Of a stretch of DNA of 64,000 nucleotides, positions 50,701 to 61,576 are shown piece after piece. The translations under genes and the position numbers were made by a program. Below the pieces are notes generated by a model that was not told the origin of the DNA, did not search any database, and worked only from the letters and a program-made list of their open reading frames with translations. Source of the DNA: Protoeuglena noctilucae (lineage: Eukaryota); contig OY253676.1 of assembly GCA_958009085.1 (NCBI GenBank), forward strand, positions 62,001-126,000, in the 5' to 3' direction. Position 1 is the stretch's first letter. Each line of letters starts with the position of its first letter.

Positions 50701-53700
50701 CACTTGACCCGATCGCTGCGCGTGCGATCCGAAGCAGTCCCCAGCACGGCAGCCCCACCCCACACCCACCCGCCCCACGCGCTCGACACTCTCCATCCCC
50801 CCGCTCCCCCAGGCGCGGCGCGCATCCAAGAGACCCACCTGACGGCCCAGGCCCGCCCGTCCCGCAAGCGCCTGTACGGCATCCCCAACGCCCGCGTCCA
50901 GGCCTACATCCACGGCGCGGCGTCCACCCCCGCCAGCCCCATCGCCTCCACGCCCGCGCGTGCCAGCCGCGGAACCATCGCTGAGCTGGGGAGCCTGGTG
51001 GACGGTGCTGGGCTGGGGCCGGGAACGATGGGCGCGGTCGGGCCGGGGCCTCTGTCACCCGGAAGGGAGCGGGACGCTGCGTCGCCGCGGTTCCGACGCA
51101 GCGCGACGACCGGGGTGCCGGGCATCGCGGGCAAGTCGGCGGTGGCAGAGCTGTCGTACGACCGGGAGCCATCGCGGGCGAACGGGCGGGGGCTGGACAG
51201 GGAGGCGTCGGGGAGGCCCCCCACGGGGCGCGTGCGGCGCAACAGCGCTCAGGTGAGCGTGCTGGGCGGCATGAGTGGTCATGAGAGAATCGGCAGCTTG
51301 ACACGCGCGCCCGCAGCGCCGTCTCATGTCATTCATTCTCCCCACCCCATTCGACGGCGTGCCTCGCACCCACTCACCACCCACTCCCTCTTCGCAGAAC
51401 GACGGCGTGACGACCGTGGCGGGCTCGTCTCCCCTGAGCAGCCGCAACCCCCGCACGACGCTGACGACGGCGGGGAGCCTACCCCGCGCGCACTCGCCCA
51501 CCACCCGCGAGCACAGCACGGGGCTGGGGATGGACGTGGGGGGTGCCAGGCGCGCGGCGCGGGGGTCCCGCGTGCACCCCTCGTCCCACAGCGTGGCGGC
51601 CCACACCCCGTCCGCACGAAGCAACCACGCCTCCGTGCACGGGGGAATGGGCGCCGCCCTGGCGTCGCGGCTCGCCTCGCAGCGCAGCGACGACGCGGAC
51701 CCCGCTGCGTCGCAGAGGGTGCCCCCTGTGCCTGCACTGACGTACTCCAAGTCCACAGCAGCGGTCCTGGGGGGGACGAGGCGCGTCGCGGAGCGGGGCG
51801 GGGAGGAGGTCAGCGCGAGCGACGGGGGGAGGCCCAAGGGACCCCCGCCGCGGTGGCTGTCCGCGGTGGTGGCGCCGGAGCCCGGCGAGGCGGGCGGGGG
51901 TGGCGGGGGTGCACAGGATGGGGACGCGGTGGTGGCGTTTGCTCATGAGGACAGCGAAGGCGAGGGTGGGAGTCGGGCGGACAGTGGGGGGCGTGGTGCC
52001 GCGTCGGACGGGGCTGGGGAGGCGGGGCTGATGGGTGGGAAGGAGGACAGCGGGGTGGCGGGGCGGACGGAGTTCTCTGGGGACGCAGTGGGCGCTGCGA
52101 TGGAGGCGCTGGGCCTAAAAGTGTTTCCCACGCACAGCATGGAAGGGTCGGCGGGGACGGGGACGGTGACGGTGTCTGGGGTGGGCGCGGCGGGTCCCTT
52201 GGGGAGCGACGCGGGGGCGGGCCTGGACCGGAGCTCGCAGGGCCGGCCGACGGCGGGGGTGGACGGGGTGAGCCGCGAGGCGCTGTCGGAGATGGCGGAG
52301 ATGGCGGCGTGGTCGTCCAAGCTGGGGACGTTCGATTGGGACGTGCTGTCGTTGAGTGAGGAAGGGGTCAAGGCGTCGGTCGTGCTCATGTTCGAGGCAC
52401 TGGGGCTGCTGGTGGAAGAGAAAGCGGCTGGGGAGGGGGAGCGGGACGTGGGGAGCCTGTGCGGGCGTGGGCTGGGGGCGGCGTCGATGGGGAGCGTGGT
52501 GGTGCGTGGGTCGACCGGGGCGGTCGAGGGCATCCTGGCACGGCGCATGAGCAACAAGGGGTCCCGCAGCGACAACTCGCGGTACGTCAGCGCGAGGAGG
52601 GACGCCAGCGTGGCCACCGGTGAGCGCGGGTGGGGTGGGGTGGGGTTGGTGGGAGCAACATGTGATACGAACCCACCCCATACAGCAGCAGAGCAAGCTA
52701 TGAGATATGAAACAGCGTGCGTGTGTACCGGGGCTGGTGCGTGCTGATTGCCGAGGCTCGTAAGCGTGTGTGTGGTCTTCGCAGGGGAGGTGGAGCACGG
52801 GGGCGGGGACGAGGTTGCCCAGCCGGGCAGTGAGAGGGGCAAGTCGAGGCTGGACGTGCCATCGCTGCCGGAGGTGAGAGATTACGTGAGCAGCGTCGAT
52901 GACGCAAAGTCTGCAATTTACACTCCATCTGCCATCTCATCAACGTATATGGTTGGTGCCACCACCTCTCCTGTCGCCGTTAATTTGTTCTCTCCCCTTG
53001 CACATGCCCACCCACCTTCCACCATTCCAACCCGCCCCTCCCCGCCACCCCAGGCCCAGGGCGTGGTGACCCGTGAGTCCTTGGAGTGTCTCATGGACTG
53101 CCTGCGTGCGTGCTACGACGACCACCCCTACCATTGCTGGCGCCACGCCGTGGACGTCACCCACTCGGCCTTCACCATCCTCACGCTCGCGTGGGGGTGG
53201 GTCGAGGAGCACCTTACCACCCTCGACGTCCTGTGCTTGATGGTGGCCGCGCTGGGACACGACGTGCGACACCGTGGTGTCAGCAACCAGTTCCTCACCC
53301 GCACGGGGGACCTCCTGGCCCTCACCTACAACGACCAGAGCGTGCAGGAGATGATGCACGCCGCCAGCTTCTTCCAACTCATCCGGCAGGCGAGGGGGTG
53401 GGGTATGGGGTAGCGATGACGGCGTATTGCATGCAGCGGGCGAGGAGCGGTTTCGAATTGCACCCACACCTTCATCCACACCCATCTACCCCACCCCTAC
53501 CCACACCCATACCCACGCCCACACCCCATCCCTCTCCTCCCCCCCAGGAACCCCGCGCGGACGTCTTCGCCCTCCTGGACCCCTCGGAGCGCCAGCAGGC
53601 CCGCCGCCTGGTCATCTCCCTGATACTCGACACCGACATGGCATCGCACTTCCGGCAGACGGGCACGCTCGAGATCCTGGCTGACGGGGTGGAGACGGGG

Positions 53701-54976
53701 GAGGAGGGGGGGGAGTGGACCACGGAGCGCATCGGGCAGGTGACGAGGGGTGCGAGGGTGTGTGGGTGTGTGGGGGTGGGTGGTGCATGGTTGGATCGGG
53801 CAGGTGACAAGGGGTGGACGGGTGGGTGTCAGCATGGCTGCACTGCGTCAACCCTCGCTTTGCTTATTTCCCCAACACCCATCCCACGCTTCATGGAAAC
53901 ACCCTCACCTCCCATCTCCCACCCCCCCAGTTCCTCTGCCCCACCCTCACCCATCCCACCTCAGCCCCATCCCACCTCACCCCATTCAAACACCCTCACC
54001 TCCTGCCCCCCCAGTTCCTCTGCGCCATCCTCCACGTCTCCGACCTCGGCCACGCCCTCAAGGGCCCCCACCTCCACGCCCGCTGGACCCGCCGGGCCCT
54101 GTCCGAGTTCTTTGCCGAGGCCGAGATGCTCAAGGAGATCGGATCCCAGCCGCTGCCCTTCATGGACCCCGCGAAGTGCTTCGTGCCGGCGGCGCAGATG
54201 GAATACCTCGATTTCGTGGTCCGGCCGTTCGTGGTCGCCATGGCCAGGATCGTCCCGGCCCTCGCGCCTCTACCTAGGGCCGTCGCCTGCAACTACACCG
54301 CATGGGTGGAGCTGCTGCGGGTCGAGCCGGGCGCGCCCGTGTCCAGCAGGGGGTCGAGCAAGGTGAGGGAGGGCGCGGGGTATGAGGTGGGGTGGGGTGG
54401 GGCTTTTGTGTTGCGCATGGCACACGCCGGATGTTCAAGCGTCGCAAGCAGCGCACCCACTCCTTGTTCTGCTCATCACATGTGCCGTGCAACACCTCAC
54501 AACACCCTTCGTTGGCCCCTGCAGAAAGGCGTGTCTCTCGCGTCCCCGCCCCTGGCCCCCCCCGCACGCACGGAGACGAGCGACTCGTCGGGTCTGGTGG
54601 GGGGAGACGGGGAGAGCGAGGGGGCGGAGGGGTCGGAGGCCGCGATGGCCGTCGCGCTCATGGGGCTGCCCAGGGCACCCGAGGTGAGGGCTGTGGGGTC
54701 AGGGTGGGTCACGGTGCGGTGAGAGTGGGCGAGGGTGGCGTGGATGGGGCTGCCCAGGTCACGCGTGGTGTACGAAATAGCCCATTCCATTCATCCTCGT
54801 CCACACTGACTCTTCCATCGCCCACTCTCGTACTCTGATCGTCTCCTACCTCCCCCCTTCATCGATTGCAGAAGGTCCGTGCGGCTGACCCGGACGACCT
54901 GCGCCGCGCCTTCCTCCAGAAACTGGGCCCCTTCGCGCCATCGGCACGGAGAGACACGCGACTGGACGCGCGATGA
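47767..54976 (+). CDS. Class I 3',5'-cyclic nucleotide phosphodiesterase with a multi-pass N-terminal membrane region
   Basis: Catalytic motifs in 53053-54360: PYHCWRHAVDV, ALGHDVRHRGVSNQFL, YNDQSVQEMMH, ILDTDMASHF, LHVSDLGH, W....LSEFF, PFMD and the invariant Q in AAQMEYLDFVV. About 6 hydrophobic segments lie in exons 48233-50385. Stop TGA at 54974-54976; the start is approximate. Confidence 0.85.
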
Positions 54977-56131
54977 CAGGCGCGACCGACGCCGCACGCG
55001 GTTCCCATGGCACGGCAACCTATCCCGGCCGAGGCGATGGGAGACGCATGCGATGCGAGCGGACCACACCGCAGGCGCCCTCGCCGCCACCCACCCACAC
55101 AACACCTCCCCGCCGCTCAGCATGCGATCCGCGGCCCAGCGCCGCGCGCCGGGCGAGCACCGCGCCGGCACCCAACACTGCATGCGACACGCGAACCTTT
55201 TCCCCTCGACCCGTGATTGCCACTTTGCTTTCCGACACCGGAGGCAGCAGCGCTCGTGTCACCCTCGCGGCCCCCGCGGCGCACAAGATCTGGCGTCTGG
55301 CATCGGACGGCCCCTGATCCCGGTACCCGCCTTAGACCCCCGCCGCCGCCCTCGGCCCAAGGGCCGCGTGACACGCACGCGCGCGCTGCCTCGCAGACCC
55401 ATTGCTAGGTAGACCAGCCTAGCTTAGACGCTCAGCCAGGCCGCGCGACCCAGCTGCGGTCGCAGCCCCTGCCCGGCGTTCGCGATAGCGCAGGCGCCCT
55501 CCGTGCGCCGCTGCTGTCCCGGCCAGCTCTGCCATAGCTGCGCCGTGTGCCATGCGCACCATATCTCCCCACCTCTCTCATCCGCCAGCGCTTGGCTCGG
55601 CCTGACACTGGGCCGTTGCTCGGGGCGACCACCCTGCCCGGGAGGCGCCTCTGCTGCTCGCCCATACTCCGCCATAACTTGCTGCCTGCCTGTCGCTTGC
55701 CCCATGGAGCCTGTGTATGGCTGCCCCCTTGCCGCACTCCAACAGTCCTCGTTCCATGTTACCCTAGCCACGCCGTAACACGTGATTGCCGTCACCTAGC
55801 GCCGGCCCTGCCCCACGTCCCGCTGCCTATCGAGCGTTCCGTTTTCCTGGCCCGGAATTTTGCCCTCGTAGCGGGTGTGCCAGTGCCGCGCTCTGTCAAT
55901 ACGTTGTCAACCGCGCCGAACCTAGCAGTCCAAATTTGAAAGTCTCCCTGTCCGTGCTAACAACCCCGTCATTCACGGCAAGCAAATCGTAATTGTCTAC
56001 ATTCTGGCCTCTCTGGTCGGCGTGTCCAATGGCACACCACTCGCAACGCCACTCGTGCCCCCCCGTGCTGCCCTTGACCCTCCTGGACCCAACACCCCAA
56101 CATCGCCAGTACCTAGCAGCCCCTCCTCTGC

Positions 56132-57446
56132 TCATCGCAGCCCCTCTCTTTCGCTCCCCACGACCCCTTCCCTCGCCCCCTCTGACCCCTCCACACCACC
56201 CCGCACCCCAGCCTCCACCCCCACACGCCCCTCCCCACCTCCCCCTCCCCACCCCGTGCCATAAGTGGCGCCATCAGCAGCGCCAGATGAAACGCCAGAA
56301 GAGGCAGTTTCTAAGCCCCGCCTTCGATGCTCCAGCCGCTCTGACAACCGGGCGCTGAAGTCCGGGTTGAAGTGTCGCTGCGGACACGGACGATGTGCAC
56401 GATTGAAATCAGCTCAGGTTACAGGCACAGGTGCATGGCATGGGATTGATTGCTTGGAGCGGAGCCGGGCTTCACGTACGCCAGCAAGCGAGAGCTGTGT
56501 GTGCACCACGTGTCTTTCTTTTCTACCATGCATGCCACCCCTCCCTCCCTGGGCAAGCACAGCAGAGCAGAGCAGAGCACGCCGATTGTGATACGGCCCT
56601 CCCCCTCACCGCCAGAGTCTCCTGCTCCTCCGCCGTGCCCCACAGTCGCGTGGGGTACAGCCCAGGCGCAATCACCATCCGCGGCTCCCGGGTGAGAGCA
56701 CGGTACGTTCCTGCCGCCGTGAGACCGACGCCGACGCCGAGAAAGGCAAGCACGAGAGAGGACTGCACGGCGCCGGGGTTACGCAGGGCCGCGCGGGCGA
56801 AGGCCGACCAGGAGAAGGAGTCAGAAGGGCCGCGATAATGGTGTCCGCCCGTCTGGGCCCACGCTTTGCGAGCAAAGGGGAGAGGAAGGCGTCGCGCACT
56901 TTGGCACTGCTATGGCAACCCGTCTCGTGACGCATCGCAGCTCGCCGCTACTCACCGACGTCCCGGGGATGCGCCCGCACGCCCCCGTGGCGCCCGCCGG
57001 GATCGAAGCCGTGCCTTGGAAAGCCGCCTGCGTACCGATGCGTGTCAAAAGCCAGCGCGCGCTCCGCCGCGTGCCTGTGACAGGCAGGCGCACGTGCAGT
57101 TGATGACAGATAGACATGGCTACGAATCGGTACCTGCGCCGGCGCGGCGCCTCACCGGAGAGCGCGGAAGCGGTCTGCGGCCAGGTGTTGCTCCCGGGAG
57201 CCCGCGGGATGCAGGTCGGGGTGTGATGCCTTGGCGAGCTCACGGAATGCGCGCTTTATCTCGTCCCTCGTCGCCCCTCGCTGCGTGAAAGACGCGGAGC
57301 ATCGCCTCGCTTCCCATCTCACGCAAGGCTACCCAGGGAGGCTCGTAGCCTCGTCGAGACGTCGCGGGGATGCAGCGCGACCCTACCTGGACGCCGAGTA
57401 TACGCCAAGGATCTTCCTCGGCCCCACCACTCCCAGCGTGACCCAT
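56132..57446 (-). CDS. DnaJ (J-domain) protein with one C-terminal-half TM helix; 5 exons
   Basis: Spliced: MGHAGSGGAEEDPWRILGVQ|RGATRDEIKRAFRELAKASHPDLHP..AADRFRAL|RHAAERAL..|..SSLVLAFLGVGVGLTAAGTY..|RHFNPDF..EGLR*. The HPD motif is intact and exon phases are consistent. The ORF track misses most of this gene. Confidence 0.85.
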
Positions 57447-57786
57447 GTCTCGGATGAGGCCGTGCGTTACCACGCACCTTGTGTTCGCATGGCGGGCGTC
57501 GAAGTCGCGCTCTCGTTGTCACACAGGGCTGCGGGTTACCCATGTCATACGTGCCTCGAGGCATTCTCGACGCAGTTTGTGAGACCCTGACATCGTGCGA
57601 GTTCGCTGTTTCCTGGCCTTTCAGGCATGGAAGCCACGGCTGCTCACTGATTCGGTATCTCTGAGTCAAGCAGTCATTCACAGTTGCGCGACGGCTGAGC
57701 GAGCCAAGCTAGCGCGAAGAACAGCTCAATACCCGCTACCCAAACGCTCGTGGCATTTTTGCCTGAGAAGCTCCGCGCCCCAGCGA

Positions 57787-58537
57787 ATGGAGGCGCCCGA
57801 GGAGAAGCCTCTGACCGGAGGCCATGGCGCTGCGGACGTGAGTCGTCGCGCGCGCTAGCCTCGCCGAGGCCTCGCGCGCATAGAAAAGGGCACCTCCGCG
57901 GCCGCACCCGCGCGACGAACGGCACACCTCGCTCTCGCCCCCCCGCAGCTGGAGGGCACGTCACGGACCGATGGGAGGCTCACGGCGGGCAAACATCCCC
58001 GAGCCAAGTGGATGGTCCTCGGGAGCGTGGTACGGGCGATGAACCGCTTCAAGAAGTCGCTGAATCCCGAGGTGGACTTTAGGACCAACATGGAGACCAA
58101 GCGCGTTTCCACGGTGGGGCTGGCTGCCGCCTCCGGGGTGCAACCGACTGCGCGTTTGTCATGATTCCTCGCGCCTCGCGCCTCGCGCACCGATTGCCTC
58201 GCATTGAGCGCCCTCGCAGGGGTCGGAAGAGTTCCCCGCGCTCTCGCCGGGGCTGTCCGTGGACCGCAGCTCCTTACGCCGCGGCGCGACCGTGCAGGGG
58301 TCCGGGGAGTTTAACCTGTCGTCGGTGCGCAGAGCCGGATGAGCAGGATACGCTGCGATGCTTCGCATTGCGTTTAGAACGTCAGCGCCCGGTCGTCACG
58401 CTCGCGCGTTGGGTGCAGAGACTGGGCCTGACCTAACTTGGGCCTTTGGTTGGTCGCAGGAGGACAAGAGGAGGAGGATGCTGGGAGGCCCGAGCCAGCA
58501 CCACGGCAAAAAGATGGCCATTCTCTTGGGGAAGTGA
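57787..58537 (+). CDS. Small (~130 aa) largely disordered protein with a 1-8-14 calmodulin-binding-like motif; 4 exons
   Basis: MEAPEEKPLTGGHGAAD|LEGTSR..KHPRAKWMVLGSVVRAMNRFKKSLNP..|GSEEFPALSPG..NLSS|EDKRRRMLGGPSQHHGKKMAILLGK*. All introns are phase-0 GT-AG. Confidence 0.6.
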
Positions 58538-59175
58538 CCCGAACGCCAGGCGCGCTCGGGCCGGGGCCAGAGCAGAGCACCTGCTACCCCGTGCCATGAT
58601 GCGCGGTGGCTCCCACGTCCCGTCCACAATGGGTGGTTTCCAACCCTTTTCCCCGTCTTTTACCAGGAGTGCCTAGGAGTAGTACCCAGGCGGCCGCGGG
58701 TGCTCTGTTCATTCCATGTTAGCAGTACATAATGCGAAGCTCCCTCAGTTCCTCGGCGGTTTCAAAAACGTATGCAAGACCCACCGGGAGGGCAGTGGCA
58801 AGTAGCCGATGCCGAGAGCGTGGCCCTGTCATCCTTTTAGCGCTTTGTCCCTCCTGTCCCTCAGCAGTGGCGGGTGTCGGTGTTGGGGCAGTCGAGCCGG
58901 GTCATGCTGGGTCACCGTGGCAGGGCAGTCCATTGCCGCACCGAGTCCCCGAGGCCCTTTCTCGTGCCCGGAGTGCCCAATTAGATGCCGGCGGCCTTGC
59001 CGTAGACGTCCTGGCACGCAGCTGCGAGCTCGAGACCACCCCTAACCTTCGCCGCCCTTGCCATGGAGGAAGAAGAATTGGTGTCTGCCCTGGGTCGTAA
59101 TCATCCAGCGGGCCTTCGCCATCGTTCAAGCCTGCACTTCATTCACCAGCCTTGCGAAGACTCTGCATGCCGCAG

Positions 59176-59397
59176 CTAGTCCTGTATCTGCCTCACGAAC
59201 CTCACGTTGTCCATTGGAAACGCAGTGGGATACTTGTATTCAAAGTCCTCGTCGCCATCAGAGTCGAGGTTGACCACGGAGACGTTGTCCAGGACTATAA
59301 ATGAGTCGTCGATAGCCACGAGCCTCCCTCGGTAGTCGAAGTCGTTGCGCAAGACCACCCTGACATTTGACCCGATCCATCCCTGGAGGTACTCCAT
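59176..59397 (-). CDS. Divergent Sm/LSm-fold protein (LSm6/SmF-like), intronless, 73 aa
   Basis: MEYLQGWIGSNVRVVLRNDFDYRGRLVAIDDSFIVLDNV..KYPTAFPMDNVRFVRQ fits the Sm1 pattern (L..iG..V.V.L..g.dYrG.L..iD...i.L) and a degenerate Sm2 pattern. Confidence 0.65.
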   Translation of the reverse strand: MEYLQGWIGSNVRVVLRNDFDYRGRLVAIDDSFIVLDNVSVVNLDSDGDEDFEYKYPTAFPMDNVRFVRQIQD

Positions 59398-60463
59398 GAT
59401 CCTGGACCAAAGATAAGTTCCTTATTTCACAGTGTGATGTGATCTGGGAATCAAGTCCCAGATTGTGCCTCAACATGCGCATCCGCTCGTCTCATGCACA
59501 CTCGCCTGCCACACCTTCCAGCCGCGCTTCTGTGCCGATGGCGCGAATGACAGGTAGATAATGATGAGATTTACGACAATTTGCTCACTGGCCGGTCTCT
59601 GCGGGGTGGGTAAAGGCGCAGGGTGTCGGCAATGCCGCTGTGCATGCGGTGGGCATGGACGCGTGCTTGCAGCTAAGATCGGGCTCCGGTGACTTACGCA
59701 GCCGAAAGATATTTCTTAAAACTGCATACTGGGCCTGATAGTGCTTGTGAAGCAGGTCGCGAGTTTGCTTGCCATGAAGAAAGCGCGATGACAGCAGCCT
59801 CTCAACGCACCTCGTCAGGCAGCCGCCCTTGATGCAGCGCTGGGCATGGTGTGCGCAGCAACGTGAGATCATAAATATGGCCGGCGTTCCCTTCTACCGC
59901 TGAGAAGTCAGTACCCTCCCCGCAAGAAGGTCCCTTCACTGCGGCACGGCGCAGGAGCATGGTCATCGGCACGTTGTCGGCCGGGTGGTGGGACAGTCCA
60001 CGGCTAGCGCAGCTGCTGAGGCCGCCCTGGCTCTGTGTGGGCGAGCACATGAAACACTGTGGCCCAGCGCAAGCGGGGTGGTAGTGGCGGGCACGGCGTG
60101 TGGGGGTGACGAAACGCGCACTTAGCTAGCCCTGGGTCGGGGCGGCCGACGCTGTTCGAGGTTAAGAACGCGTGGCAAGCAATGGCGGCAGGAGCGTGGC
60201 AGCCGCACAGGGGGCGGCGAGGGAGAGCAGGCAAGGGGCTGAAGGGGAGACGGGGTTGTGAGCTGCACGTGCGGCCGGGCATTCCGTGCAGGCGCACGCG
60301 TGGCCCTAAGCTTGCATGGGCATTACCTTGCCCATATGCGCCTCAGGGCAGGCAGGATTAGGGGGTAGAAAATATTCCTGCGCTCTCGCCAGCTCTTCAA
60401 AAGAGGGCAGCGGCAACTGACCAACACCGAGAGCGTAACGAAGCCGCCGCCATCCGCACTGGC

Positions 60464-61229
60464 TCACTTCTTGGCAGCAGCAGCAGCAGTAGGGTGCTGC
60501 TGCCCATCCACGCCGTACTTCTCTTGGAGCTTCCGCAGCTCCGCCTCCTCCTGCGCTCGGAGACCGAGAAGAGAACTCAGCCTTGCCAGGCGCAGGCGGA
60601 GCCTTGGGCGCCCGCTGCAGCGCCGCCCTGCCCGCACGCGCACCTGCTCGAGCGACTTCTTCTTGATCTCGCGCTGCATGTTGTAGAACAGGACATGGAT
60701 GTATCGATTATGCACGTTGTAGCCCGTCAGGTGCTCCTGAGCGTTCTTGGCGTCGTAGATGTCCTCGAAGACCACGAACGCCGTCCCCTTCGTGTCCTTC
60801 GCGTTCCCTCTGCGCGAGCAAAGCTAGGGAACGCCCGTCTGGCCGCGCAGAGCGCCGGGGAAACATTGTCAGCAAATGGGAAGCACCAGCGAGGGCTGCG
60901 CGGCTCGCCGCGGCCCACGACACGTCCGCGACTCACATCCGGACTTGACGAATGGCCCCGAACTTCCCAAAGAGCTCGTAAAGCTCATCCCCCTGCGTGT
61001 AACATAGCGTCAGTGCCAAGAAGTCATCCCGCGGTACGGAAGCGGCGGAAGAAGCCGACTCCGTGCGTCCAGGCCTCCTGCCGGCGGGGCCCGCACTCTA
61101 CGCGGCCCCGGGGGCCCTGCGGCGCTTCACCTTGATGTTGTAAGGTAGATTCCTTACGAGCAGTACCCTCGTGACGTCAGGCGGCAGCCGATGCATGGGC
61201 TGGCCCACGATCTCCGCCTTGGTCGCCAT
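60464..61229 (-). CDS. SF3B6: Splicing factor 3B subunit 6 (p14, branch-site RRM protein); 4 exons
   Basis: MATKAEIVGQPMHRLPPDVTRVLLVRNLPYNIK|GDELYELFGKFGAIRQVR|IGNAKDTKGTAFVVFEDIYDAKNAQEHLTGYNVHNRYIHVLFY..|EEAELRKLQEKYGV. Confidence 0.95.
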
Positions 61230-61576
61230 CGTGGCTCCCTACCCCCTCAGCCGCCCCTGCACCTGGGCACGGGTCGCGCGCACGCCCTTCTGCTCTCCAC
61301 AGTTAGTAGGAAGCGCACGCGGGCCTCGCAAGACCAGTAGCAGAAGCTCTCAGCTCGCTCAAAGGAGATGCAACAATGAGAGAGAAAGGGGAAGCTTGCG
61401 GGGTCGGCCGTCGTCAGCTTACTGGGTGCCGGGTTGCCAACATGAAGGGGGACGGCCTCGGGCTCAGCAAATGGCTTGTCGCTTGCCAGTACCTGGCACC
61501 CGCTGCCAGACCACCACGCGATGCACCCGCAGCAATGCACCCAGTCTTTCAAGCATCCTCCCCTCGGCACATGCCG

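Noticed and set aside
56523..56768. Stand-alone NDUFA4/B12D-like small membrane protein
   Set aside because: It splices in frame as the TM exon of the DnaJ gene.
59561..59740. Possible C/D-box snoRNA (ATGATGA ... CTGA)
   Set aside because: The boxes are ~175 nt apart, with no terminal stem or recognisable guide.
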